The notes under the pieces: generated by a model | Seen by the model: only the letters and a program-made list of their open reading frames with translations | What the model was told of the DNA's origin: nothing | Database searches by the model: none | DNA from: Geopsychrobacteraceae bacterium | GTDB lineage: Bacteria > Desulfobacterota > Desulfuromonadia > Desulfuromonadales > Geopsychrobacteraceae | Length of the DNA stretch: 64,000 nt | Direction: 5' to 3' | Assembly: GCA_963662315.1 (NCBI GenBank) | Contig: OY759353.1 | Span: forward strand, 1,888,001 to 1,952,000 | Made by a program: the position numbers and the translations under genes | In this document: in pieces, positions 9,360 to 19,376 of the stretch | Layout: the number at the start of each line of letters is the position of its first letter | Numbering within the stretch: position 1 is the first letter of the stretch

Positions 9360-10463
9360 ATGAAGTACAAATTTTATAGTAAAGAATATATGTTTCCATT
9401 GATTTCTAATCATATTGTTGAAGATTACCAAGAAGATCACTCATGGGTAATTGATTATTTAAGACATAGGGTTATTTTTGAGGAAGATGACATTGACCTT
9501 CCAAATGATTTACTGAGTAAATGGAAACAACCATTTGATGAAAAAGCTGACAGGTTTAGAGGTGCTCTTTTAGGTTTGGCTATCGGAGATGCAGTAGGTA
9601 CCACCAATGAGTTTAGTGAGCCGGGAACGTTTCAGCCGATTAATGATATGGTTGGCGGAGGTCCATTTAACTTAAAGAAAGGTGATTGGACTGATGATAC
9701 AAGTATGGCTTATGCATTAGGGCAGAGCTTGATTTTACGTAATGGGTTTGATGCTGATGATCAAATGGACAAATATTTAACCTGGTATAGGCATGGTGCT
9801 TTTAGTTCAACAGGTAAATGTTTTGATATTGGCAGTACTGTACGCGAAGCTCTTGAGTCCTATGAAAAGACAGGCAATCCTTATTCTGGAAATACTTCTC
9901 CTGATACTGCGGGTAATGGATCCTTAATGCGACTGGCCCCTGTCCCTTTATTCTTCTACAATGATCTCGATAAGATTTTGTACTATGCAGCAGAAAGCTC
10001 AAAATTAACTCATGCCGCAAGTGAAGCCATTGTGTCTTGTCAATTATACGCTTATTTGATTTTTATGGCTTTGGAAGGTAATAAGAAAAATGAAATTTTA
10101 GATATGTCACGTATTCCAAGATCTTTGTTTCAAATTATTGAAAAAGAACATAGAGTTTTAGATATTGTAAAAGGGAGTTATCGAACAAAGATACGCAGTG
10201 AAATACAACCCTCAGGTTATGTTATTCATAGTATGGAAGCAGCTCTTTGGTGTTTTTATAACTCTGAGTCGTACAAGGAGGGAGTTTTGTTAGCTGCAAA
10301 TATGGGAGGAGACGCAGACACCATTGCAGCAATCTATGGCCAATTGGCAGGTGCATATTATGGTGAACGTGCTTTACCTGCCGAATGGGTAATGGATCTT
10401 ACTCGCCAATATATATTTTTTATTCAAGCCCAAAAAATGCTTGAGCATGCAGGCTTGGTGTAA
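9360..10463 (+). CDS. ADP-ribosylglycohydrolase immunity protein with N-terminal extension (Tri1-like)
   Basis: GLAIGDAVG, WTDDT, AGNGSLMR, GDADTIAAI motifs; ~60-aa extension; follows the ART toxin. Confidence 0.9.
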   Translation: MKYKFYSKEYMFPLISNHIVEDYQEDHSWVIDYLRHRVIFEEDDIDLPNDLLSKWKQPFDEKADRFRGALLGLAIGDAVGTTNEFSEPGTFQPINDMVGGGPFNLKKGDWTDDTSMAYALGQSLILRNGFDADDQMDKYLTWYRHGAFSSTGKCFDIGSTVREALESYEKTGNPYSGNTSPDTAGNGSLMRLAPVPLFFYNDLDKILYYAAESSKLTHAASEAIVSCQLYAYLIFMALEGNKKNEILDMSRIPRSLFQIIEKEHRVLDIVKGSYRTKIRSEIQPSGYVIHSMEAALWCFYNSESYKEGVLLAANMGGDADTIAAIYGQLAGAYYGERALPAEWVMDLTRQYIFFIQAQKMLEHAGLV

Positions 10464-10926
10464 TTCTGATTAAGGTAAGTAAAACTTATCAGGTACTAAC
10501 CGTTTGCAATTGAAGGGGATATGAAACAACTACTTTTTGTATTGATTGCCAACACTGCTATTTTCCGCAAGTCCTGCGAGGGTTTTCAGAAATCTGTGTC
10601 AGGTTTATAGGCTGAGATATTTTTGCCGACCTGGAAAATGGATGGTCCGCTGAATCAACGTCAAATTCGAGTTCTGGATCGGATGTGTCCAGCGCTCGAA
10701 TGTCTTGGGAGCTGCATCCATGTAATTGGGGTCATCCCTGCCCCCTATGTTAAAACATAGGGGAGGAGACTATTTACGTTTTCTGAAATCATAGGAGTAA
10801 GTAAATGAGTAACGAAGCCACCCTTCTCGATGACCGCCAGAGGGACAATGACCGCCTTGTCTCCTGTCAATTATTGGACCTGCACATGTTTAAAAGCTAA
10901 AGATTATCAGCTCACTGAAGCATAAT

Positions 10927-12399
10927 TCATGGCATGTTGCTGTCACCAAACCATGTGTTCCAAATATTCTGGAAAGTTCCATCCTGTTTCAGGGCATCCA
11001 GATTGTTCTGCCACTGGTCGACGACAGATGCTGGGGTTGTGAGGCTGAAAGCGACATAGCCTTCATGATAGGTTTCTTCAAATTGCTTAACGATCTGTTC
11101 TCTTGGAGTCGAAGTTGCATCACATAGCCAGTTGATACCCTCATCGTATATAAACAGGGCGTCCACTTCACGGTTCAGCAACTGTTTAAAAGACTCAAGC
11201 GGGGAAAAAGAGGTAGCGACAATGTTGTTAAAGCCTTTGGCAACCAGGTAATCATGGGTATACCAGTTCCTAGGAGTGGCGACAGAAGTTAACGCTTTGG
11301 CTTGTTCCAGATCTGTGATCGTCACACCAGCATCGCTTAACGTATAAAAACTGCCCGTTATTGTTGCGATAGGACCAACCCATTGAAATAGGTCCTCCCG
11401 CTCTGCGGTGCGAGCGGTCGTAAACAAAGCACTGTTCGGCAAGTATTGCACCGTCGCATAAGCATCCTGCCAGCCGGTGATTTTTATCCCTGACGTGTAG
11501 TCAGTGCGGGATTGAATGGCATGAACAATGGAAACGGATGAGCCCTGAATATTCGGATCGATAATCGAGCCGCTATAGTAGTTAAATGGTGGCGCCACTT
11601 CGGTAAACAGCTGCAGCACATCAGGCGCCAAGGTTTCATTGGCGTCAGGAAAGTATTGCTTAAGGATAGCAAGGGTTTCTTTGGTTTTGATCAGACTGTC
11701 AAGACTGTTCTGAACAGCGGTAACTACGGCATCATCAACGTCCTGAGAAAAAGCAATATAATAAAAAACTGACTTATAGCCAAAGCAAACATCAAAATCA
11801 TCGGTAAAGGAGAATTGGCCCTGAACTTTATAAGCAAACTGTTTTCCGTCGCTGGCAAGGGCAACAACCTGATTGCTCAATAAGGCCGCAACAGCTTCGT
11901 CATAGGATGAATAATACACCAGGTTATCAAAACCGAGATTTTCCAGCGTCGTTGTCTCAAGCCATCCCGTGACAACAGCGATGGAATCGAGGGCTTTTGT
12001 CCCATCCAGCCCCAGAGTTGACCCTAATCCTGTTGCCTTTTTTGAAAAAACATAATAACCAGAGGAACTCGTCGGACCGGCCCACTTGAAAAGATCCTGC
12101 CGCTCGGCCGAATAGCCGATGCCCAACAGGGCGCGATGTGATCCTGTGAGGGTTTTATCATAGGCATCTCTCCAGTCATTTTCTACCTCAACGACATAAT
12201 CGATACCCGCCTCGTCCATGGCCGCCTTGGTGGTATCCACGTCAATACCGACAACATCACCATTCTGCGTAAAACTGTTCGGACTCATTTCAACCACTGA
12301 AATGGTGATCGGTGTTGATGAGTGGTCTGAGCTGTCACCGCAGCCTCCCAAAAACAGGCTCAACAACAAAAATAATGAGAAAATACATTTGCTTTTCAT
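10927..12399 (-). CDS. Lipoprotein with two tandem polar-amino-acid-type substrate-binding domains
   Basis: Lipobox FLGGC; duplicated ERQDLFKWAGP / EREDLFQWVGP; GGAG RBS favours ATG 12399 over 12405. Confidence 0.8.
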   Translation of the reverse strand: MKSKCIFSLFLLLSLFLGGCGDSSDHSSTPITISVVEMSPNSFTQNGDVVGIDVDTTKAAMDEAGIDYVVEVENDWRDAYDKTLTGSHRALLGIGYSAERQDLFKWAGPTSSSGYYVFSKKATGLGSTLGLDGTKALDSIAVVTGWLETTTLENLGFDNLVYYSSYDEAVAALLSNQVVALASDGKQFAYKVQGQFSFTDDFDVCFGYKSVFYYIAFSQDVDDAVVTAVQNSLDSLIKTKETLAILKQYFPDANETLAPDVLQLFTEVAPPFNYYSGSIIDPNIQGSSVSIVHAIQSRTDYTSGIKITGWQDAYATVQYLPNSALFTTARTAEREDLFQWVGPIATITGSFYTLSDAGVTITDLEQAKALTSVATPRNWYTHDYLVAKGFNNIVATSFSPLESFKQLLNREVDALFIYDEGINWLCDATSTPREQIVKQFEETYHEGYVAFSLTTPASVVDQWQNNLDALKQDGTFQNIWNTWFGDSNMP

Positions 12400-12470
12400 A
12401 AACATCTCCAGAGCAAGAACACGTTAAAATAAATCTCTTCAGATCATGAAACCAACCTTCAGAATTCGAA

Positions 12471-12809
12471 TCATTTGGTCATTGCAGCCGTCGCTTGCGC
12501 GACATCTGGAAACGCGTCCAGGATCGAAAGAAAGCCACTGACCTGAAAGACTTCACGGATATGTTCAGCCATTCCGGCTAAGGCAAAGGCCCCCTTGGCG
12601 CTCTTGACCCGCTTGGCAGCCATCAGAATGACACGCAATCCGGCGCTGGAAATATAATCGAGCTCAGCAAAATTAATGACCAAAGAAAGAGTGCCGGAGC
12701 TGACCTGGGCGAGAAGGTCAGCTTCAAAAGCCTTGGCGGTATTGCTGTCGAGACGTCCCTGGGGTGAAATAATAGTCACCGGTCCTGCGTGTGTTGTGAC
12801 AATACTCAT
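12471..12809 (-). CDS. STAS anti-anti-sigma factor (RsbV/SpoIIAA-like)
   Basis: GRLDS..LDYISSAGLRVIL..EVFQVSGF. Confidence 0.92.
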   Translation of the reverse strand: MSIVTTHAGPVTIISPQGRLDSNTAKAFEADLLAQVSSGTLSLVINFAELDYISSAGLRVILMAAKRVKSAKGAFALAGMAEHIREVFQVSGFLSILDAFPDVAQATAAMTK

Positions 12810-12864
12810 CTGCTATCTCCTGTTGATGAAAGTTGTTGATCCGGGCGGCATCTGTTTGCCCCGG

Positions 12865-13284
12865 TCATGACAGTTTTTTACCAAAGGTTAAACAATTCCA
12901 TACGCCATCGCGCTGGTAGGCGTAGATGTCCATCATCTCTTTGAGAAAATGGACACCCAATCCGCCGATCACGCGGTCTTCAAGTGCGGCCTTCGTATCT
13001 GGGGGCGGAAACTCAAGCGGATTAAACGGCAGGCCCTGATCGCGTAGCTCAGCGCGCAACCAGCCATCCTCCTGCCACAGACGCAGACTGAATTCATGCT
13101 GTTCATCGTGTGGATAAGCATAGGAAATCACGTTGGTCACCAGCTCATCCATAACCAGATTGAACTTGAAGATGACAGCCGGAGGCAATTCCAGTTGTGC
13201 ACCAAAGTCATCTATCGCGGCGCTGAGTTTTTTCAGCTCACTGATATTATTGGTCAAGACTATGCTCAGTTGTGGATTGCTCAT
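12865..13284 (-). CDS. Anti-sigma Ser/Thr kinase (RsbW-like HATPase_c_2)
   Basis: DELVTNVISYAY, DQGLPFNP, IGGLGVH; ATGA overlap with the upstream gene's stop. Confidence 0.9.
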   Translation of the reverse strand: MSNPQLSIVLTNNISELKKLSAAIDDFGAQLELPPAVIFKFNLVMDELVTNVISYAYPHDEQHEFSLRLWQEDGWLRAELRDQGLPFNPLEFPPPDTKAALEDRVIGGLGVHFLKEMMDIYAYQRDGVWNCLTFGKKLS

Positions 13285-15242
13285 GCGCCGACCTCCGTCT
13301 GTTCCCCGTAGACAAGACACAGGCTGGTGATATCGTCGGATTGGGGCACACCGCGGCTGAAGTGATCTACAGCATAAAAAACCGTATCAACCTGTTCTTT
13401 TGCATGCCATCCCACACAGGATTCAAGCAACCGCTTCAGGCGCTCCTCACCAAATTCCTCAGCGGCAGAATTGAAAGCTTCTGTGACTCCGTCGGTGTAC
13501 AGATGCAAAGCATCGCCGGAATTCAACAGTATCGACTCTTCCTGATAGGAAATTGCAGGAAAAACACCGAGGGCCATACCATTGGTTGTCGCTACTGGTG
13601 TTGCTGTTGACTGATGGACATGATACGGCGGGTTATGACCTCCGTTGGCATAGACCAGACGGCCGCTGTCAAGTTCCAGAATGGCATAGAAAACCGTGAC
13701 GAACAGCTCCAGCGGATTTTCCGCGCAGAGCTTGTTATTGACCCGTTCCAATACCTTGCCGGGGGACGCGCCATCAAGGGCGGTTGTATGCAGTTCGGTG
13801 CGTGCCACTGCCATAAAAAATGCTGCCGGGACCCCTTTCCCCGAAACATCGGCCACCAGTATGCCAACATGGTTTTCATCAAGGACAAAGGTATCGTAAA
13901 AATCGCCACCCATCTCCCGCGCGGGGGTCATCCGAGCAAAAATTTCATAGCCAGCATGGCGGGGAAACTCGTTTGGCAGAATAGCCAATTGCAGAGCCCT
14001 TGCCACCTCCAGTTCATCCTGTAGCAGCTGATGAGCCGAGGCCAACTGATGATTCTTCTCTTCCAGTTCGACGGTGCGCTCTTGCACCTGACGATCAAGC
14101 TCTTCCTGACGGGCAAAAACCTGAGCAGCCATGTTGGTGAAGGTGCGGGCCAGCTGTCCCAGTTCATCTTGACGAGCACTGACCACATCCAGCTGCCCGG
14201 CTTGATAGGTGGAATACTGAACAGCATTGGCCGCTGCCGACAGCGTCATGACCGGTTGGACCATGCGCTGCCCCAGAAGCAGGGCACAGAGTCCGCCGCT
14301 GAAGGCGATAATCAGACCAACCAGAATGGCGATATTCCGCAGCCTGCCGACCGCCTGCTGCATCTCACTTGTCGGCAGACGCACCAGGGAGACCCCGACC
14401 GGCTGGTCAGTCCCGCCGGGAACGGGAGCCATGACAGTCAGATAGTCGTCCGTGAGAAAACTCATTGGCTGATTGGCGCGGAAAACAGCTTCCATCGCTT
14501 TTAATTCACGTTGATCCGGTTGCCGGGTCACGCCATCGGCTGCCAGGATCGAACCATGGGCAATCGTCTCCATCTTCGGATCAACAACCCAAATGGCGTC
14601 CACATCTCCGGCACTGACCAGGTGCTGAATCATGTACTCCAGACCAATCCGATTGTTGAGATCTTCCAACAGCTGGGCATGGTATCCCACTTCAACAATC
14701 CGTGGTTTATCGACACCGGTCACGCCGACATATTTGTAAACCAGGTCATCCAGTTCACGTTTGCGGGCCGGCTGGATCACCACCTGCTTCTCCCCTGTCA
14801 ACAGTGGCCAGAACTCGGAAGCCTGGGGTTGCAGTGCGGGATCAGAACTGAAGGTAAAAGGCAAACCGCTGTTGCTTATGTAGGCGCTTCCGGACGGATC
14901 CGTCACCCAGAATTCATCAATACTGGTTGTCTGACTGATGTCTGTCAGGCGTTGACTGATCTGACCGGGGCTCATCCCGGCCTGCTCGGCGGCGGCAACA
15001 AAATATGCGGTTAATGTGGCCTGGCTGACCATCTGGCCAGACAGAACATCTTCAACCTGCTGTGGGATCGACACCGCAGCGCCGGCACTGCGAGCCAGCA
15101 ATAGAGCGACCAGAGTCCCTTCTGTCTCGGCGGTTTCCAACAACTGCTTTTTGGCCTTCCAGCCAAGAACTGCTGCGGTCAAGGCAACGGCAATAATCAG
15201 CAGAGCGGTGGTAAAAAGGGTTAATCGTTGTTTAAAGCTCAT
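13281..15242 (-). CDS. Membrane sensor PP2C phosphatase (periplasmic Cache-like, HAMP, SpoIIE; RsbU-like)
   Basis: Two TM segments, DELGQLARTF HAMP, GGDFYD, ADVSGKGVPAA, YTDGVTEA, QSDDIT. Confidence 0.92.
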   Translation of the reverse strand: MSFKQRLTLFTTALLIIAVALTAAVLGWKAKKQLLETAETEGTLVALLLARSAGAAVSIPQQVEDVLSGQMVSQATLTAYFVAAAEQAGMSPGQISQRLTDISQTTSIDEFWVTDPSGSAYISNSGLPFTFSSDPALQPQASEFWPLLTGEKQVVIQPARKRELDDLVYKYVGVTGVDKPRIVEVGYHAQLLEDLNNRIGLEYMIQHLVSAGDVDAIWVVDPKMETIAHGSILAADGVTRQPDQRELKAMEAVFRANQPMSFLTDDYLTVMAPVPGGTDQPVGVSLVRLPTSEMQQAVGRLRNIAILVGLIIAFSGGLCALLLGQRMVQPVMTLSAAANAVQYSTYQAGQLDVVSARQDELGQLARTFTNMAAQVFARQEELDRQVQERTVELEEKNHQLASAHQLLQDELEVARALQLAILPNEFPRHAGYEIFARMTPAREMGGDFYDTFVLDENHVGILVADVSGKGVPAAFFMAVARTELHTTALDGASPGKVLERVNNKLCAENPLELFVTVFYAILELDSGRLVYANGGHNPPYHVHQSTATPVATTNGMALGVFPAISYQEESILLNSGDALHLYTDGVTEAFNSAAEEFGEERLKRLLESCVGWHAKEQVDTVFYAVDHFSRGVPQSDDITSLCLVYGEQTEVGA

Positions 15243-17448
15243 TACACATCCTGGCAGCAGTCGGTTTAGTTGAAAAATATGCGTCTTGAGTCAGCACATA
15301 GCGATCAAGTTCAAGACTCAGTTCAGGGGTTGACCTTTCCAGTGAATCGCGCTGAGCCGGTGACAACTGAAGAATGCTGACCTGTGAATCGGCCCAAAGA
15401 TCACAGGCGAAGAAGACCTCGAGAAACTGAGCCTGAGGATATAGAACCGCCCCGGCAGTTTGTTGCCGGGCCACCGTTCCCTCCCCAGACTGTTCACTGA
15501 CCGTCCCAGAGACAAGCAGGAGCAGTCCGCCAACCACCTGATCCTGACAGCCAATAGATTCACCGGCCTGAAAGTGAACACAGGTGGCGCAAGCAGCGAG
15601 TCGCTCAGCCAGCGATTCCGCCCACTCCTGACGTTCCAGCTGGAGCAGCATGTCATCGGCAGCTAGAGCAAAGAGGTCGTCCCTGGAGGCGGCACGCTGA
15701 GCTGACATGGATAGGTGTGCATCTGCCAGCAGCGTATTTTCAACAGCGATCAAAGCCTGTTCCAGGTGATCGGCCAGATGCCCATGAAGAGTCGGGAGAT
15801 CCTCTTCCAGGGCTTTGGCGAGAGCCTGAGGCGGATGGACCAGATAGGTTGCGGTGCCGCTTTTCGCTACGGCCTGAAGCAGCCGGTGGAAATGTTTGGC
15901 GGCCGAGATGTCAATTCCGGAAACTGCTGAAAAATCAAGAATCAGAAAACCGGTATCCGCAGGCAGGTCGGCACGCAGCTTGTCGACAAACAAACACGCC
16001 GAACCAAAAAAGAGATAGCCCTTCAACTGGTAACAGATTGCGCCCTCCCCGACCTGTTGCAACAGATGGCGATCAGGGATAGTGCGCGGTTTTGTGCTTT
16101 TCAACCGGCGGAGATCCCGTGGCGAGTCAACAACGGCTACCCGACTGAAACGCACGACAAAAATCAGCAAAGTAGCCGCAAGGCCAACCATTATCCCGGC
16201 CAGGAAACCACTCCAGATGATGACAATCGCAATGACAAGAATCAGGCTGTAATCGATTTTCGGCATGCGGTTGTATGTGTGGACAAGCCAGTCCCACAGA
16301 AAAAACAGACCGATCAACGACAGAAAGGCTCCCAGTACAGGTTTGGGAAAGAAGGCCAATACCTGACCACCCGCAAACAGAACAAAGGCGACAACCAGGG
16401 TTGAAATCAAGCCACAGATGCGCGATAAAGCACCCGTGCGCACCCCGAGCATTGACAGTGAAAGGGAGGTATAGCCCGGCGAAGATCCTCCTGCGGCAGC
16501 CAGCAGGTTAGCCATTCCCAGGGAACGAAATTCACGGTTCAGATCAATATCTTCATTCGCCGAGATTTCAACACCACTGATATTCAGAAGCATCCCTAAA
16601 ATGGCAATCAGCACCACACTGCCAGACAAGGGGAGTTGTGATACGACGATATCCCAGTGGATCTGGGTCAGTGAATTCAGAGAAAAAACCGGCCACAGCC
16701 CTTGAGTCGGCAAACCAGACACAAGATAGCCCAGCGCCCTGGCCTGATCGAGAGACAGATCACAGAAAAAGAATGCCAGGTAGTACGCCATTGTTCCACC
16801 GAGCAGAGCCACTGGCAAAATCAGGAAATGCGACCAGCGCTGTAGAATCATAAATAGGATTGAGGCAAACGCAAGACCAGGAGCCCATTTGAGGACAATG
16901 TCCAGTGCTATAAAAGCGCCAAAGGAGGATGGGGCAACGCCACACATCACGGAAAGGCCCCCGACAAACAGAAACCAGCCGGAACCGGCCAGAAATCCGC
17001 CAATGACCGGGTAAGGCACAAAACGGAACAGATTAGCCAGCTCAAAGCGACCGACCAGATAAAACCCCAGACCGGTCAGGCAAGACGTCAGGGCAAGAAC
17101 TGCAACCAGCGTCATAAAGGCCGCTTCACTGGACACACTCAACAAACCGGCTACGACGGTCGAGGCGGCAACGAGAGTGGCAGCCGGAGCATCCTGGGCG
17201 ACACTGACATGGGTCTTCAGGCCACTCGTCAACAGCAGCACAACACCCATGGCGCAAGCTCCGAACAGCGTCAGTCCCGCCGCCCTGGTGGCGAATCCCG
17301 ACATCTCACCGGCAAAAATCATGGCCGCAAAAGATACCGCCACGATCACGAGCAAAATCCCGTTGATGACTCCGGTAAACAGTGCCGGGAAGACCTTGTC
17401 CGAATGAAAATCACGGATTATTTCAGATAACACATTTTCTTTACTCAT
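15232..17448 (-). CDS. SulP/SLC26 anion transporter with STAS and cNMP-binding-like domains
   Basis: [39 protein letters not shown]-terminal cNMP-like segment. Confidence 0.88.
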   Translation of the reverse strand: MSKENVLSEIIRDFHSDKVFPALFTGVINGILLVIVAVSFAAMIFAGEMSGFATRAAGLTLFGACAMGVVLLLTSGLKTHVSVAQDAPAATLVAASTVVAGLLSVSSEAAFMTLVAVLALTSCLTGLGFYLVGRFELANLFRFVPYPVIGGFLAGSGWFLFVGGLSVMCGVAPSSFGAFIALDIVLKWAPGLAFASILFMILQRWSHFLILPVALLGGTMAYYLAFFFCDLSLDQARALGYLVSGLPTQGLWPVFSLNSLTQIHWDIVVSQLPLSGSVVLIAILGMLLNISGVEISANEDIDLNREFRSLGMANLLAAAGGSSPGYTSLSLSMLGVRTGALSRICGLISTLVVAFVLFAGGQVLAFFPKPVLGAFLSLIGLFFLWDWLVHTYNRMPKIDYSLILVIAIVIIWSGFLAGIMVGLAATLLIFVVRFSRVAVVDSPRDLRRLKSTKPRTIPDRHLLQQVGEGAICYQLKGYLFFGSACLFVDKLRADLPADTGFLILDFSAVSGIDISAAKHFHRLLQAVAKSGTATYLVHPPQALAKALEEDLPTLHGHLADHLEQALIAVENTLLADAHLSMSAQRAASRDDLFALAADDMLLQLERQEWAESLAERLAACATCVHFQAGESIGCQDQVVGGLLLLVSGTVSEQSGEGTVARQQTAGAVLYPQAQFLEVFFACDLWADSQVSILQLSPAQRDSLERSTPELSLELDRYVLTQDAYFSTKPTAARMCNEL

Positions 17449-18551
17449 TGATGTTGCCCAGGTTCATTGGCCAGGGTCAAAGTGAGTCGATTGCCCTTTT
17501 GCGTCCGCTCCCAGTTGATCGCGTGAACCAGCCCCTTGATCAGGGTCTGAGACAGATCATCTTGCACCTGGGCCAAATCGAGGAAATTCCCTTCCCTGTT
17601 ATTGTCTTCAAAGATCAATTCAAGGCGATGATTCATCTCCGAATATGAGAGGGTCAGCGCAAGCGGAGTCCGATCCGGCAATGAAAAGTATAGAGTGATG
17701 CACTCTTCGATCAGCAAAAGAGTATTGTTGTTCATTGTGCGGGTAAAAAAATGTTTATCGCAGAACTGTTCAATCTGGCCGTTCATGGCATAAAAGTCGA
17801 AGTTCAATGATGGAATCTGATATTCCAGAATCCGGATGCGTTGAATAAATCTCCGCGTTTTTTCCTTTTGCGGGCACTCAAAGATCTGCTCTGGAGGGCC
17901 GTCTTCGTAGATGATACCTTCTTCCATATAGAAGACCCGGTTGGACACCTGGCGGGCAAAGTCCATTTCGTGGGTGACAATAATCATCGTCATCCCTTCG
18001 CGCGCCAGGCGTTTGATGACCGCCAGGACTTCGCTGACCATGGTTGGGTCAAGAGCTGAGGTCGGCTCGTCAAAGAGAATGATCTCAGGGTTCATCGACA
18101 GGCAGCGGGCGATCGCCACCCGTTGTTTCTGGCCACCGGACAGTTCGCTGACCAGGTTCCCTGCTTTGTCGGCCAGGCCAACCATGCTCAACAGCTCCAG
18201 TCCTCTTCGCTGCGCTTCACAGGTCTGCATTTTTAGTAGTTTGACCGGCCCCAGGGTAAGGTTGTCGAGAACGGTCAGATGGTTGAACAGGTTGAAGGAC
18301 TGAAACACCATCCCCATCCGCTGACGCAGCTTGGCGGCATTGTTTTTCGGATTGAGGATGTCCTGGCCGGCAACGTATACTTCACCCGAGTCGGGACGGT
18401 CGAGCACATTGATGCAGCGCAGCAACGTACTCTTGCCCGTGCCGCTGGGGCCGATGACCGAAATAACCTCCCCCTGAGTAATGACCGCGTTGACATCTTT
18501 CAGTACCTGCAGGTTGCCATAGCTTTTAGCCAGATGCCGGATTTCGATCAT
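17445..18551 (-). CDS. Polar amino acid ABC ATPase (GlnQ-like) with ~130-aa C-terminal extension
   Basis: [31 protein letters not shown]. Confidence 0.92.
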   Translation of the reverse strand: MIEIRHLAKSYGNLQVLKDVNAVITQGEVISVIGPSGTGKSTLLRCINVLDRPDSGEVYVAGQDILNPKNNAAKLRQRMGMVFQSFNLFNHLTVLDNLTLGPVKLLKMQTCEAQRRGLELLSMVGLADKAGNLVSELSGGQKQRVAIARCLSMNPEIILFDEPTSALDPTMVSEVLAVIKRLAREGMTMIIVTHEMDFARQVSNRVFYMEEGIIYEDGPPEQIFECPQKEKTRRFIQRIRILEYQIPSLNFDFYAMNGQIEQFCDKHFFTRTMNNNTLLLIEECITLYFSLPDRTPLALTLSYSEMNHRLELIFEDNNREGNFLDLAQVQDDLSQTLIKGLVHAINWERTQKGNRLTLTLANEPGQHQ

Positions 18552-19345
18552 GACAGGCTCCCGTAGCTCTTGCCTTTGGGCTCAATCTTCACTTCAACAC
18601 GGTTGAGGATCAGCAGCAGGCTGTAGGAGATCAGAAAGTAAAGGATGGCGACCATCACCAGCGGAAAAAAAGCGTCAAAGGTACGGCTGCGGATGATGTC
18701 GCCAGCTTTAGTCAGATCCTGCACGGCAATATAGCCGACAATGGAGGTCATTTTGACCAGGCTGATCATCTCCCCCTTATAAACCGGCAGGATATGGCGC
18801 AGGGCCTGGGGCGCGACGATAAAGCAAAACGTCTGTACCCGGCTGAAGCCCATGGCGATACCAGCTTCCGTCTGCCCTTTATCAACCGCTGCTATGCCAC
18901 TGCGATACATCTCCGAGACATAGGCGGCGAAATTGACGCCAAAGGCCAGAATGCTCACCAGCAGCGGATCAATATTGACCGCTGCAAAAATGACGTAGAA
19001 GGTCAGCATCAGCAGCACCAGGATCGGTGTTCCGCGGACCAGGCCGATCAGCGCCTTGGCCGGCAGCTGCAGCCAGGGAGAACGCTGCATGCGCAACCAG
19101 GCGATAACTGCCCCCAGCAGCGTGCCGAAGATAATCGCAAAGACAGAGATCAGAGCCGTCGTTTTTAGCCCGTCGACTATGATCAGATAGCGGTCTTCAT
19201 AAATAATGTTGCTGTAAAAACTGTCTGTCAGCGCGCCCCAAATTGATGATTCCTGCGCTGCCACAGAAGGTGCAGTCAAGCCGCCAGTTATCAGAATCGC
19301 ACTCAGAAATACAGCAACACAGAAGGCTTGTCGCAGTCGTTGCAT
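18548..19345 (-). CDS. Polar amino acid ABC permease (GlnP/HisM-like)
   Basis: [34 protein letters not shown] before ATG 19345. Confidence 0.9.
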   Translation of the reverse strand: MQRLRQAFCVAVFLSAILITGGLTAPSVAAQESSIWGALTDSFYSNIIYEDRYLIIVDGLKTTALISVFAIIFGTLLGAVIAWLRMQRSPWLQLPAKALIGLVRGTPILVLLMLTFYVIFAAVNIDPLLVSILAFGVNFAAYVSEMYRSGIAAVDKGQTEAGIAMGFSRVQTFCFIVAPQALRHILPVYKGEMISLVKMTSIVGYIAVQDLTKAGDIIRSRTFDAFFPLVMVAILYFLISYSLLLILNRVEVKIEPKGKSYGSLS

Positions 19346-19376
19346 TTGGTCTCCCTGGTGAAGAAAGGTAAACATG

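Noticed and set aside
10520..10690. RBS with MKQLLFVLIA.. signal-like start, and a PLNQRQIRVLDRM (Fic-like) snippet
   Set aside because: Short, frame-broken fragments; too little sequence to call
10742..10763. Hairpin cccctatgtt-aa-aacatagggg
   Set aside because: Single copy, no clear U-tail; function cannot be assigned
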